A DNA stretch of 64,000 nucleotides from Minisyncoccota bacterium. GTDB taxonomy: Bacteria > Patescibacteriota > Minisyncoccia > Phycocordibacterales > UBA6065. The stretch spans positions 123,951 to 187,950 of the forward strand of contig DASZXC010000008.1 in assembly GCA_035546035.1 (NCBI GenBank), given 5' to 3'. Shown piece by piece: positions 55,338 through 64,000 of the stretch. The translations under genes and the position numbers were made by a program. Below the pieces are notes generated by a model. The model did no database searches. It had not been told where the DNA came from and was given only the letters and a program-made list of their open reading frames with translations. The number at the start of each line of letters is the position of its first letter. Within the stretch, counting starts at the first letter, position 1.

Positions 55338-57260
55338 ATGGCAATGCAATTTCAAAAGAATCCTAAGAACAAGAATAGGAAAGATATCCCTCGGCAGAGC
55401 ATGATGCGATTCCTCGGCAGCTTCGGTTCCGGGCTTCTCATATTCTTTTTCCTCATCGCGCTCTATTCGCTGCTTTCCGGAGGAGGCGATGCGGGGACGG
55501 CGATATCGCTGTCCGAGCTTTCTAACGACGTGAGCAAGGGCGCAGTCAAGGTCATACAGATAGACGGCACCGACCTGACCGCGACGTATAACGACGGCAC
55601 GACCAAGACGACGAAGAAAGAGGCCGACAGCCCTCTAACGACGACCCTTACTAATTATGGGGTCACGCCTCAAAAGATCTCTGCCGTTGATATACAGATA
55701 AAAGAGCCGTCAGGATTTTCGTACTGGTTCATCGCATTGGCGCCGTTCATCGTGCCTCTCATATTCATCGGCTTCCTCGTATGGCTTCTGACGCGGCAGG
55801 TCCGGGGAGCGGGCATGCAGGCGTTCTCGTTCGGCCAGTCGAAGGCGCGGATAACCCATCCTGACGACAAGAAATCGAAAGTGACGTTCAAGGACGTCGC
55901 GGGCGCGAAGGAAGCGAAGCAGGAGTTGATGGAGATCGTGGACTTCCTCCGCAATCCGAAGAAATTCCTTGACCTGGGCGCGGTGATACCGAAGGGCATT
56001 CTCTTGATGGGCGCGCCGGGCACGGGCAAGACCCTGTTGGCGCGCGCGGTCGCGGGCGAGGCAGGCGTGGCGTTCTTCTCTATATCAGGCTCCGAATTCG
56101 TCGAGATGTTCGTGGGCGTGGGCGCTTCGCGGGTGCGCGACCTGTTCAAGATGGCGAAATCGGCGGCGCCGGCCATCATATTCGTGGACGAGATCGACGC
56201 GGTGGGACGAAGCCGCGGCGTCGGCATGGGCGGCGGCAACGACGAGAGGGAGCAGACCTTGAACCAGATACTCGTCGAAATGGACGGCTTCGAGCCGAAC
56301 GAGAAAGTGATCGTCATGGCGGCGACCAACAGGCCTGACGTTCTGGACCCTGCGCTTTTGAGGCCGGGCCGATTCGACCGACGCGTCACCATAGATGTGC
56401 CTGATCGCAATGATCGCGAGGAGATCCTAAAGATACACGCGCGCAAGAAGCCGTTCGCGGAAGACGTCAATCTGAAGGTGATCGCGGAGCGCACGCCGGG
56501 CTTCTCGGGCGCCGATCTGTATTCGCTCATGAACGAAGGAGCGATCCTGGCCGCGCGCGAGAACCGTACCAAGGTCTCGCAATACGACCTGATCCGCGCT
56601 ATCGAAAAGGTCATGCTCGGCCCTGAACGCAAAAGCCATATATTGTCGCAGGAGGAGAAAAAGATCACTGCGTATCACGAAGCCGGCCATGCCGTCGTTT
56701 CTTCCACGCTCGATTATGCCGATCCGGTCCATAAGATATCGATCGTCTCGCGCGGGCGGGCTGCGGGATATGTCCTCCATCTGCCGCTCGAGGACAGGAA
56801 GCTTCAATCCAAGAAAGAATTCCTCGACGACATCGCCGTGTCGCTCGGCGGATATGTCGCCGAGCGTCTGATGTTCGCGGATCTCACGACCGGCCCGTCG
56901 AATGACCTGCAGGTCTCGACCGCACTGGCTCGCGATATGGTGACCAAATACGGTATGTCCGCGACGCTCGGTCCCGTGGCATTGGAAGGCGCCGGCGGCC
57001 GCGTATTGTTCGGCCGCGGCGTCGAAGAAGGAGAATATTCGGAAAAAGTAGCGTCTGAAATAGACGCTGAAGTGAAAGCCATCATGACCGAGGGCATGAG
57101 CCGCGCCGAAAAGACCATCAAGACGAACAAAAAATTGCTCGACGCCATCGCCAAGCGATTGATGGAAGTCGAGACGATAGAGCGGGATGAATTCGAAAAG
57201 CTCCTCGTTGCTCACGGCGTTACCCCGAAGAAGAAAAAGGACATAGAGCACCAGCCATAA
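55338..57260 (+). CDS. ftsH: ATP-dependent zinc metalloprotease FtsH
   Basis: Two TMs, [27 protein letters not shown]. Confidence 0.97.
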   Translation: MAMQFQKNPKNKNRKDIPRQSMMRFLGSFGSGLLIFFFLIALYSLLSGGGDAGTAISLSELSNDVSKGAVKVIQIDGTDLTATYNDGTTKTTKKEADSPLTTTLTNYGVTPQKISAVDIQIKEPSGFSYWFIALAPFIVPLIFIGFLVWLLTRQVRGAGMQAFSFGQSKARITHPDDKKSKVTFKDVAGAKEAKQELMEIVDFLRNPKKFLDLGAVIPKGILLMGAPGTGKTLLARAVAGEAGVAFFSISGSEFVEMFVGVGASRVRDLFKMAKSAAPAIIFVDEIDAVGRSRGVGMGGGNDEREQTLNQILVEMDGFEPNEKVIVMAATNRPDVLDPALLRPGRFDRRVTIDVPDRNDREEILKIHARKKPFAEDVNLKVIAERTPGFSGADLYSLMNEGAILAARENRTKVSQYDLIRAIEKVMLGPERKSHILSQEEKKITAYHEAGHAVVSSTLDYADPVHKISIVSRGRAAGYVLHLPLEDRKLQSKKEFLDDIAVSLGGYVAERLMFADLTTGPSNDLQVSTALARDMVTKYGMSATLGPVALEGAGGRVLFGRGVEEGEYSEKVASEIDAEVKAIMTEGMSRAEKTIKTNKKLLDAIAKRLMEVETIERDEFEKLLVAHGVTPKKKKDIEHQP

Positions 57261-57290
57261 AAAAAGAGCCGCTCCGAAGGAGCGGCTCTT
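57259..57290. terminator. Terminator between convergent genes
   Basis: AAGAGCCGCTCC-GAA-GGAGCGGCTCTT. Confidence 0.8.
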
Positions 57291-57291
57291 G

Positions 57292-57690
57292 CTATGAGCG
57301 CGCGGTCGCGCGCTTTCCCAAAAGCTCTTGGAAGAGTCCGGAGAATTCAATCCGGATCGCATGGCTCGGAATCTCCGCGAGCGGGATGACGCTCGCTCCC
57401 GATCCCAGCTCCTTTCTCTTGCCCCGAAAGGCGAAAGAATAGAAACTGCAGGCGCAGTCTTTGCCCTCGAACCAGAACTGCTCCAGAGTCTCGATCACGG
57501 GCTCCATGCGAGAGAGCGACACGTCCTCGAAATAGGGTCGGAGCAGGCCGTTGAGGAAGATGTCATGCGAATGGGCGCCGTTTATGCCGTAGGGCAGGGT
57601 GAGCCTGCCTTGCCACGGAAGAAGGACGAGCTTGCCGTCCTCCGTGAGCGGGGCGAACACGTAAAGTGCCGGTTTTATATTGAAGATCAT
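57292..57690 (-). CDS. Hypothetical protein (possibly degenerate NUDIX-like fold)
   Basis: 132 aa; GAGGAGG 4 nt before ATG; GKLVLL...LTLPYG resembles a NUDIX N-terminus but the Nudix box is absent. Confidence 0.55.
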   Translation of the reverse strand: MIFNIKPALYVFAPLTEDGKLVLLPWQGRLTLPYGINGAHSHDIFLNGLLRPYFEDVSLSRMEPVIETLEQFWFEGKDCACSFYSFAFRGKRKELGSGASVIPLAEIPSHAIRIEFSGLFQELLGKRATARS

Positions 57691-57796
57691 GGTACCTCCT
57701 CGCTCTATTATAAGCCCATGCCCGATATTTGTATCCTCACCCGGTCTGGTTTAGTATAACGGAGCCTCTTATATTATATAGAGCCTGCCGCATCTT

Positions 57797-57870
57797 GCGC
57801 CTATAGCTCAGTTGGTTAGAGCATCGAGCTTATACCTCGAGGGTCCTTGGTTCGAATCCAAGTAGGCGCA
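57797..57870 (+). tRNA. tRNA-Ile, anticodon UAU
   Basis: Cloverleaf: acceptor GCGCCTA/TAGGCGC, D-arm GCTC/GAGC, anticodon arm TCGAG-CTTATAC-CTCGA, T-arm CTTGG-TTCGAAT-CCAAG; CCA not encoded. Confidence 0.92.
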
Positions 57871-57908
57871 CCGGGTCGTAGCTGATATTATTGGAAGCAT
57901 CGAAAGCA

Positions 57909-59423
57909 ATGAATATATTCACTTATCTCAAACGTCACTCGGTACTCGCCACGACGCTCGCCATCGTGGCCGTTATAATGATGATCATCGCCGGCAGGAT
58001 GGCCGCGCGCAAAGGCGCCGCGATAGAGACGAATCTGGGCGCCCGCCAGGTCGCATTGGTCGCCGCGTCCGCCTTTAGGAAAGACGCTTCGACCGTCTCT
58101 GCGAACGGCACCGTAGAATCTATCGCCCAGGCCGACCTGAAAAGCCAGACATCCGCGCCCGTCTCGTCTATAAATGCCCAGGTGGGTGACAGCGTCTATG
58201 CAGGTCAGGTCATCCTGGAATTGAAGAACGCCGACATCCGTGCGCGCCTCGATCAAGCGAAGGCCTCTCTCGCATTGGCGCAGGGCCAGTACGAGACGGG
58301 CACGGTGTCGCTCGATTCTGCTCGGACAGGCGCTCGCGACAAGGCGAGGGACGCCTATTCAGCCGTCGACCAGGCGGCGAGGGGCCAGCTCGACCAGTTC
58401 TTGTTCAATGCTGCATCGGGCGTTCAGCCCCTTTCCGCGCGCGTCTCCGACGCCAAGCTCATCGACCAGCTCCACGCCGATCGCGACGACCTCGAGAACT
58501 ATCTCGCTCCCTGGAAGGCTAAGGTCGATTCGCTTACCGATACTTCCGACAATGACGAGCTCTTGGGCGTGCTGGCCCAGTCCAAGGTCGTCCTCGCTTC
58601 GGCGCAGAAACTGTTCGACGACGCCTCGACGGCTCTCAATTCCTTGTCCAAAGACATGTCATCATCCGATGCCGCCACCATTTCAGGATGGAAGGCCGTC
58701 GTCTCGTCCGCGAAGGCGTCCGTTTCGGGCGCGAGCGCGGCAGTGACGTCGGCTGATACGGCGCTCCGCAACGCCCAGTCGGGCCGCGGCACGACGGCAG
58801 AAGCGTCTATTGCTTCGGCGGAAGCCGGCGTAAAGAGCCTCGAAGCTGAGCTCGCCAAGACGATCGTCGTCTCTCCTATAAATGGCAAGGTCGCCGCGGT
58901 GCCTCTCCGCGTCGGCGAACTGGCGTCGCCGGGGACTCTCCTCGCGAGCGTCGTCGGCAGCCAGGGCCTTCAGGTCAAAGCCTTCGCGAGCGGGGAAGAC
59001 ATAGCGCGCATCACCAAAGGCGCGCCGGCGACTATCGCCGGCGCGGTCCAGGGCGTCGTTTCGGCCGTCGCTCCGAGCGTTAATCAGACCAATAAGAAAG
59101 TCGAGGTGACGATAGCCGTCTCGAATCCCGATCGGACGAACCTCGTCGTAGGGCAGAGCGTTTCGGTGGCCATCAAAGGCGCGTCGCAGACGGGCGCGAA
59201 TGCTGCGGGCTCGTACTTCCTGCCGATCCAGAACGTCAAGATAGTCCCCGGCGACGCGTATATATTCACCATCAACGCTGATTCGAAGCTCGTAAAGCAT
59301 TCGGTCACGCTCGGCGCGGTCCAGGGCGATTTCATCGAAGTCACGAGCGGTATCGCCGACGACATGAGGATCGTCTCGCCGGTATACGAATTGGAGGAAG
59401 GCCAGAAAGTAGACGCGGAATAG
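57909..59423 (+). CDS. RND efflux periplasmic adaptor (membrane fusion protein)
   Basis: N-terminal TM, lipoyl-like halves (VGDSVYAGQ, SPINGKV), long helical hairpin. Confidence 0.88.
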   Translation: MNIFTYLKRHSVLATTLAIVAVIMMIIAGRMAARKGAAIETNLGARQVALVAASAFRKDASTVSANGTVESIAQADLKSQTSAPVSSINAQVGDSVYAGQVILELKNADIRARLDQAKASLALAQGQYETGTVSLDSARTGARDKARDAYSAVDQAARGQLDQFLFNAASGVQPLSARVSDAKLIDQLHADRDDLENYLAPWKAKVDSLTDTSDNDELLGVLAQSKVVLASAQKLFDDASTALNSLSKDMSSSDAATISGWKAVVSSAKASVSGASAAVTSADTALRNAQSGRGTTAEASIASAEAGVKSLEAELAKTIVVSPINGKVAAVPLRVGELASPGTLLASVVGSQGLQVKAFASGEDIARITKGAPATIAGAVQGVVSAVAPSVNQTNKKVEVTIAVSNPDRTNLVVGQSVSVAIKGASQTGANAAGSYFLPIQNVKIVPGDAYIFTINADSKLVKHSVTLGAVQGDFIEVTSGIADDMRIVSPVYELEEGQKVDAE

Positions 59424-59439
59424 CGCGCCATAGATCATT

Positions 59440-62400
59440 ATGGATCATAAGAATAACGAGCATTCATCCGACAGCCGATATCTCGAACGCCTGACGTTCA
59501 ATCCGGAGCTCCGAAAGACGTGGCTCAACTTTTTCGTCACCAATTTCCGCGTGGTCATGCTCCTTATCCTCGTCATCACGGCGTGGGGCATATATTCGTT
59601 CGCGAGCCTGCCGCGCGAATCGAATCCCGAGGTAAAGATACCGATCGGCATCGTTTCGACGGTCTATCCGGGCGCGTCCCCGTCCGACGTCGAGGAATTC
59701 GTCACCAAGAAGATCGAGTCAAAGCTATCCGGCCTGAAGGGCGTCAAGAAAATCACGTCGAATTCCTACAATTCGCTTTCGTCGGTTCAGGTCGAGTTCA
59801 ACGCATCGGAGAACCTGGCCGACGCTATTCGAAACCTTCGCGACAAGGTCGCCGATGCCAAGCCCGACCTTTCGACCGAAGCGAAGGATCCTATAGTCAC
59901 CGAGATATCGCTCGACGATACGCCAATGTGGGCGATCTCCCTTACCGGACCCTATGATGGATTCACTTTGCGCGCATTCGCCGAAGACGTCAAAGACCAG
60001 CTCGAGCGCATCCCGGGCGTCAGGGAAGTGCATATATCCGGCGGCGACGAGACCGAATACGAGATCGCGTACAGGCCCGACGATCTTATCTTTTACGGCA
60101 TAAGCGCCGACGACGCCAACCGCGCTATCTTGTCGGCGAACGTCGCCATTCCTGCCGGAAACTTCGAGAGCGGCGCGTTCATATTCCCGATCCGTGCCGA
60201 CGGCCGCATGACCGAAGCCGACGAGATCGGTAACATTCCCGTCACCCATATGGCCGACGGGGGAACCGTCTATGTCCGAGACGTGGCCAACGTATCCGAA
60301 AAGGCCGTAAAGAAAACGTCGTATTCGAGGCTCTCTATCGGCGGCTCCGATCCGAAGAATGCGGTCAGCCTTTCCGTCGTAAAGCGCCAGGGCGCATCGG
60401 TTCTCGAGACTGCTGCGGCGGCGCGAGCAGTCGTCAATGCCGCCATCGCGAAATCGTCGCCGGGCATCACGTACAACGTGTCGCTCGACATGGCCAAAGA
60501 GATCGAGAAGAGCTTCGATCAGCTTTCGCACGACTTCCTCATAACCGTGCTCCTTGTTTCGGTCATCTTGTTCCTCATCGTCGGCCTCAAGGAAGCGTTC
60601 GTGGCAGGTCTCGCCATTCCGCTCGTATTCTTCGTGAGCTTCGGCTTTCTCCACGTGTTCGGCATGACGCTGAACTTCCTGTCGCTCTTCTCGCTCATAC
60701 TTTCGCTCGGCCTTCTCGTGGACGACGCTATCGTGGTGGTGTCCGCAACCAAGCAATATATCAATACGGGCAAATTCACGCCGGAAGAGGCGGTCCTATT
60801 GGTGCTCAACGACTTCAAATGGGTGCTCACCACGACGACCCTGGCGACGGTGTGGGCATTCCTGCCGCTCCTCATGGCGTCCGGTATCGTGGGCGAATAC
60901 CTTAAATCCATTCCGATCACGGTCTCGATCACGCTCGTCTCGTCGCTTCTGATCGCGCTCATGGTCAATCATCCATTAGCGGCTGTTCTCGAGCGCATTC
61001 GCATGACCAAGAAGCTCTTCTATGTCGCGGAAGCAGGCCTGGTCGTATTTGCGGGCATGATGTTCTATAACGCGGGTATGATACCGATCGTCCTCGGCAT
61101 CATCGCATTGGCTATCGAAGGCTGGCTCATATATTGGTATGAGAAGGGCGGCCGCGAAAAGATGGTCGAGAATGAGAGGCTCGTCGAAAGGGAATGGAAG
61201 GACGACGCTCTGGTCAGGCGCAAGCTCGCCGAGCAGGGCGCAAAGAACCACGATACGCTCACGTCGCGTTTCATACACGGCATCGTCAATTTCCATCGCT
61301 TCCTCCCAATATACGAGCGATCGCTCAAGCACTATATCTTCGACAAGAAGCGACGCCGATGGGTTTTGGGCGGCGTGACGGCTCTGTTCATCGCTTCTCT
61401 CATGCTCGTCGCGACGGGAATCGTCCGAAACGAATTCTTTCCGCAGTCTGACCAGGACTATGTATATATAGACGCGCGCGCGGCCGTCGGCTCGACGCTC
61501 GATCAGACGGACAGGCTTATCGCCCCTATAGAGAAGCGCGTGCAGGGATATGCCGAAGTCGGAAGCTATTCGAGCGTCGTCGGCCAGTCGAGCATCGCGG
61601 GCGGGGGATTCGGCGGCGGCACGGGCGCGTCGAACCTGGCGTCCATAACGCTTACCCTCAAGGACAAGAAAGACAGGGCGCATACGTCGTACGAGCTCGC
61701 CGATATCATCCGAAAGGACCTGACCGACGCGGATATTCCGGGCGTGACCATCAGCGTGTCGGCGCAGACGGGCGGCCCTCCGGCAGGCGCGGCATTCCAG
61801 GCCAATATCGCAGGCGACGACCTGACGGTACTGACGAAGATCATCAATGATCTGAAGCCGATCGTCGCTTCGATCCCGGGCGCGGTGAATGTGGATTCGT
61901 CTCTTAAAGATTCCGTCCCAGAATATACGTTCAAGCTCGACCAGACGGCGCTCGAGCGCAATTATCTGACCGCCGCTTCCGTCGGCACGACCCTTCGCAC
62001 CGCGGTTTCCGGCGTCGAATTGATGAAGGTCATAAAAGGGGAGAAAGAGATCAGCCTTCAGGCGACGTTCGACCGCGCCTCTATCCCTGACCTCGCTTCG
62101 ATCCAGAATCTCGAGATATTGAATGCACAGAAGCAGCCGGTATTCCTAAAAGACGTCGCGACGATCGAATTGCGCCCGGCCGTGGACACGATCACGCGCA
62201 TAGACCAGAAGCGCACGGTCGTCCTGACCGCCGCCGCCGACTCGACGACGAACGGCCCAGCGCTCCTCGCCGCATTCCAGAAAAAGACCGCCGACTACCG
62301 CTTGCCGGCAGGCTACACCATCACGTTCGGCGGCGAGAACGAGCAGAACGCCGAATCGTTCGCGTCTATACTCCGCGCTATGTTGATCGCCATGGTGCTC

Positions 62401-62847
62401 ATCGTCTCGACGCTCGTCATCCAGTTCAATTCGTTCAGGAAGGCGATCATCGTCCTGGTGCCGATCCCTTTGGCGCTTATCGGCGTATTCTGGGGCATGG
62501 CGGTATTCGACGTGTCGCTCGGCTTGCCCGGTTTGATCGGCATTCTCGCCCTATTCGGCATCGTGGTCAAAAACTCGATCATCCTGGTGGACAAGATCAA
62601 TCTGAACCTGAAGAGCGGCATCGCATTCGTCGACGCCGTCGCCGATGCGGGCAAGTCGCGACTGGAGGCCATCTTCATCACCTCCATCTGCACCATATTC
62701 GGCATATTGCCGGTGACGCTTTCCGATGAATTCTGGCGCGCGCTCGGCAGCTCGGTCATATTCGGCCTCATGCTGTCGTCGTTCCTGACGCTCTATATAG
62801 TGCCGGCGGTGTATCTCATCGTGATGAGGTCCAAAGAGGGAGAGTAG
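59440..62847 (+). CDS. RND efflux permease (AcrB/AcrD/AcrF family)
   Basis: LPRESNP, GLLVDDAIVV, GIVVKNSIILVD, RLEAIFITS. Confidence 0.93.
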   Translation: MDHKNNEHSSDSRYLERLTFNPELRKTWLNFFVTNFRVVMLLILVITAWGIYSFASLPRESNPEVKIPIGIVSTVYPGASPSDVEEFVTKKIESKLSGLKGVKKITSNSYNSLSSVQVEFNASENLADAIRNLRDKVADAKPDLSTEAKDPIVTEISLDDTPMWAISLTGPYDGFTLRAFAEDVKDQLERIPGVREVHISGGDETEYEIAYRPDDLIFYGISADDANRAILSANVAIPAGNFESGAFIFPIRADGRMTEADEIGNIPVTHMADGGTVYVRDVANVSEKAVKKTSYSRLSIGGSDPKNAVSLSVVKRQGASVLETAAAARAVVNAAIAKSSPGITYNVSLDMAKEIEKSFDQLSHDFLITVLLVSVILFLIVGLKEAFVAGLAIPLVFFVSFGFLHVFGMTLNFLSLFSLILSLGLLVDDAIVVVSATKQYINTGKFTPEEAVLLVLNDFKWVLTTTTLATVWAFLPLLMASGIVGEYLKSIPITVSITLVSSLLIALMVNHPLAAVLERIRMTKKLFYVAEAGLVVFAGMMFYNAGMIPIVLGIIALAIEGWLIYWYEKGGREKMVENERLVEREWKDDALVRRKLAEQGAKNHDTLTSRFIHGIVNFHRFLPIYERSLKHYIFDKKRRRWVLGGVTALFIASLMLVATGIVRNEFFPQSDQDYVYIDARAAVGSTLDQTDRLIAPIEKRVQGYAEVGSYSSVVGQSSIAGGGFGGGTGASNLASITLTLKDKKDRAHTSYELADIIRKDLTDADIPGVTISVSAQTGGPPAGAAFQANIAGDDLTVLTKIINDLKPIVASIPGAVNVDSSLKDSVPEYTFKLDQTALERNYLTAASVGTTLRTAVSGVELMKVIKGEKEISLQATFDRASIPDLASIQNLEILNAQKQPVFLKDVATIELRPAVDTITRIDQKRTVVLTAAADSTTNGPALLAAFQKKTADYRLPAGYTITFGGENEQNAESFASILRAMLIAMVLIVSTLVIQFNSFRKAIIVLVPIPLALIGVFWGMAVFDVSLGLPGLIGILALFGIVVKNSIILVDKINLNLKSGIAFVDAVADAGKSRLEAIFITSICTIFGILPVTLSDEFWRALGSSVIFGLMLSSFLTLYIVPAVYLIVMRSKEGE

Positions 62848-62848
62848 A

Positions 62849-62952
62849 TTGACTTTTCTATAGAAAGTGCTATAATACACAAAGGATACTCATTGGAGGT
62901 TTGATGCTACCCGCCACATGGTGTGACGGAGTGCAATTAGCCTCCAATGAGT
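62849..62952 (+). promoter_or_regulatory. Sigma70 promoter plus 5' leader hairpin occluding the start codon
   Basis: TTGACT-16-(TG-n)TATAAT; ACTCATTGGAGG (62888-62899) pairs perfectly with CCTCCAATGAGT (62941-62952), which contains the ATG. Confidence 0.7.
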
Positions 62953-63087
62953 CGAAAAAGAACGAAGCTGACGAAGAGTGATAGGCGAGTGCTTAAAAAC
63001 TTCGCGCTAGAAGTAGTTGCCCTGTGGATCTTGGTCCTGCCTCTAGCCTATTGGCTTCTTTGGGCCCTTGATCACCGGTACGATTAA
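62947..63087 (+). CDS. 46-aa single-pass membrane peptide (below ORF-track cutoff)
   Basis: Manual translation MSRKRTKLTKSDRRVLKNFALEVVALWILVLPLAYWLLWALDHRYD, bounded by promoter and terminator. Confidence 0.6.
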   Translation: MSRKRTKLTKSDRRVLKNFALEVVALWILVLPLAYWLLWALDHRYD

Positions 63088-63091
63088 AATC

Positions 63092-63118
63092 AGAGCCGCA
63101 AGAGCGGCTCTTTTATTT
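63092..63118 (+). terminator. Intrinsic terminator
   Basis: AGAGCCGC-AAGA-GCGGCTCT-TTTATTT. Confidence 0.8.
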
Positions 63119-63176
63119 CGTTCGAATGCTTGGCAGGCCGACACTCCTGAGAGACCGATATTCTTCGTCTTTTCTC

Positions 63177-64000
63177 TCATTCGAAATGTATCTTGTCCCC
63201 GGCTCGGCGCTCGAGCTCTGCGCGGAGGCGGGGGAAGCGGGTCAGCGAATCGTCTTCGCCGACGAGGCGGAGCGCCTCATTGCGGGCAGCTTCGACCATC
63301 TTTACATTCTGTATCGCTTCCATGGCGATGTCGGATATGCCCCACTGCTTCCTGCCGTACAATTCGCCCGTGCCGCGGAACTTCAGGTCAAATTCAGCCA
63401 GTTCGAATCCGTTTTTGGCGGTCGAAAGCGCTTTCAGCCGCTTGATGGTCTTTTCGCTCTGTGTTTCGGCGAGGACGAAGCAATATGCCTGGTGGTTCGA
63501 GCGCACGACGCGGCCGCGGAGCTGGTGCAATTGGGCGAGGCCGAACCTTTCCGCGCCTTCGATCAGGATGACCGTAGCGTTCGGCACGTTCACGCCGACC
63601 TCGACGACGGAGGTGGCGACGAGGATATGTATCTTGCCGCGCTTGAATTCGAGCATGACGCGCTCTTTCTCGGCGTCTTTCATCTTACTGTGCAAAACGC
63701 CGATCTCACATTCCTTGAACACGGTCTCTTTAAGGCGTTTCGCCTCTTCTTTCACCGATTTTGCCTGGACGGCGCTCTCTTTGGTCGGGTCTGGCTCGTC
63801 TATGCGGGGGCATATGACATACGCCTGTCGGCCTTCGCGTAATTGGGCGCGGATCGCTTCGTATGCCTGTTCCCGGTCCATGACGTCGGCACTCGTTTTG
63901 ACGCTTTTCGCCGGAGCGACGATCTTCGTTATGATCGGCTTCCTGCCGTGGGGCATGGAATCGAGGAGCGATATATCGAGGTCTCCGTAGATAGTAAGAG
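63177..64000 (-). CDS. recG: ATP-dependent DNA helicase RecG (3' part, starts beyond window)
   Basis: YGDLDIS, QAYVICP, ATSVVEVGVNVPNAT, AERFGLAQLHQLRGRV, DLKFRGTGEL.G..Q. Confidence 0.95.
   Translation of the reverse strand, partial: LTIYGDLDISLLDSMPHGRKPIITKIVAPAKSVKTSADVMDREQAYEAIRAQLREGRQAYVICPRIDEPDPTKESAVQAKSVKEEAKRLKETVFKECEIGVLHSKMKDAEKERVMLEFKRGKIHILVATSVVEVGVNVPNATVILIEGAERFGLAQLHQLRGRVVRSNHQAYCFVLAETQSEKTIKRLKALSTAKNGFELAEFDLKFRGTGELYGRKQWGISDIAMEAIQNVKMVEAARNEALRLVGEDDSLTRFPRLRAELERRAGDKIHFE

Noticed and set aside
57871-63120. Genomic island integrated at tRNA-Ile
   Set aside because: No integrase and no duplicated tRNA 3' end were seen, and composition resembles the backbone
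1-64000. Alternative genetic code (TGA as Gly) as in Gracilibacteria
   Set aside because: Conserved genes are uninterrupted in code 11 and TGA terminates several genes, for example at 4839, 24153 and 46751
1-64000. Frequent TCGA/CGATCG words as a repeat family
   Set aside because: They are dispersed through coding sequence and explained by codon preference (ATC, GTC, CTC followed by GAN); no count was made

Overview
A gene-dense bacterial chromosome segment in standard code 11 (TGA is used as a stop). The likely source is Patescibacteria/CPR, probably Parcubacteria. This is inferred from the absence of rpmD between rpsE and rplO, an interrupted S10/spc cluster, near-absence of Shine-Dalgarno motifs, type IV pilus and ComEC genes, and characteristic secreted-protein motifs. 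In order, the window holds: the nusA 5' end; a ~9 kb cluster of secreted or surface proteins with an embedded membrane protein and CarS-like gene; a type IV pilus operon; tpiA-pgk, HIT, recJ, rnhA; a split ComEC around a superoxide dismutase; the str/S10/spc genes with three insertions; secY-adk-map-ndk; a probable miniature 6S RNA; infC-rpmI-rplT; a CcdA/redoxin pair; a Fur-family/ZIP pair; tmRNA-smpB; ftsH; tRNA-Ile(UAU); an RND pump; a stand-alone small membrane-peptide cassette; and the recG 3' end. No CRISPR array, transposase, integrase, reverse transcriptase or rRNA was seen. The best candidates for new biology are (i) two secreted proteins with different N-termini that share a C-terminal domain ending P-x-FQEF and flank a membrane protein plus a variant CarS, next to the pilus operon, (ii) a type I toxin-like cassette at 62.85-63.12 kb, (iii) a ~120-nt 6S-like RNA, (iv) an EF-Tu with a replaced switch I loop, and (v) a perfect 53-bp palindromic bidirectional promoter. 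All family calls come from reading motifs by eye; no database search or folding program was run.
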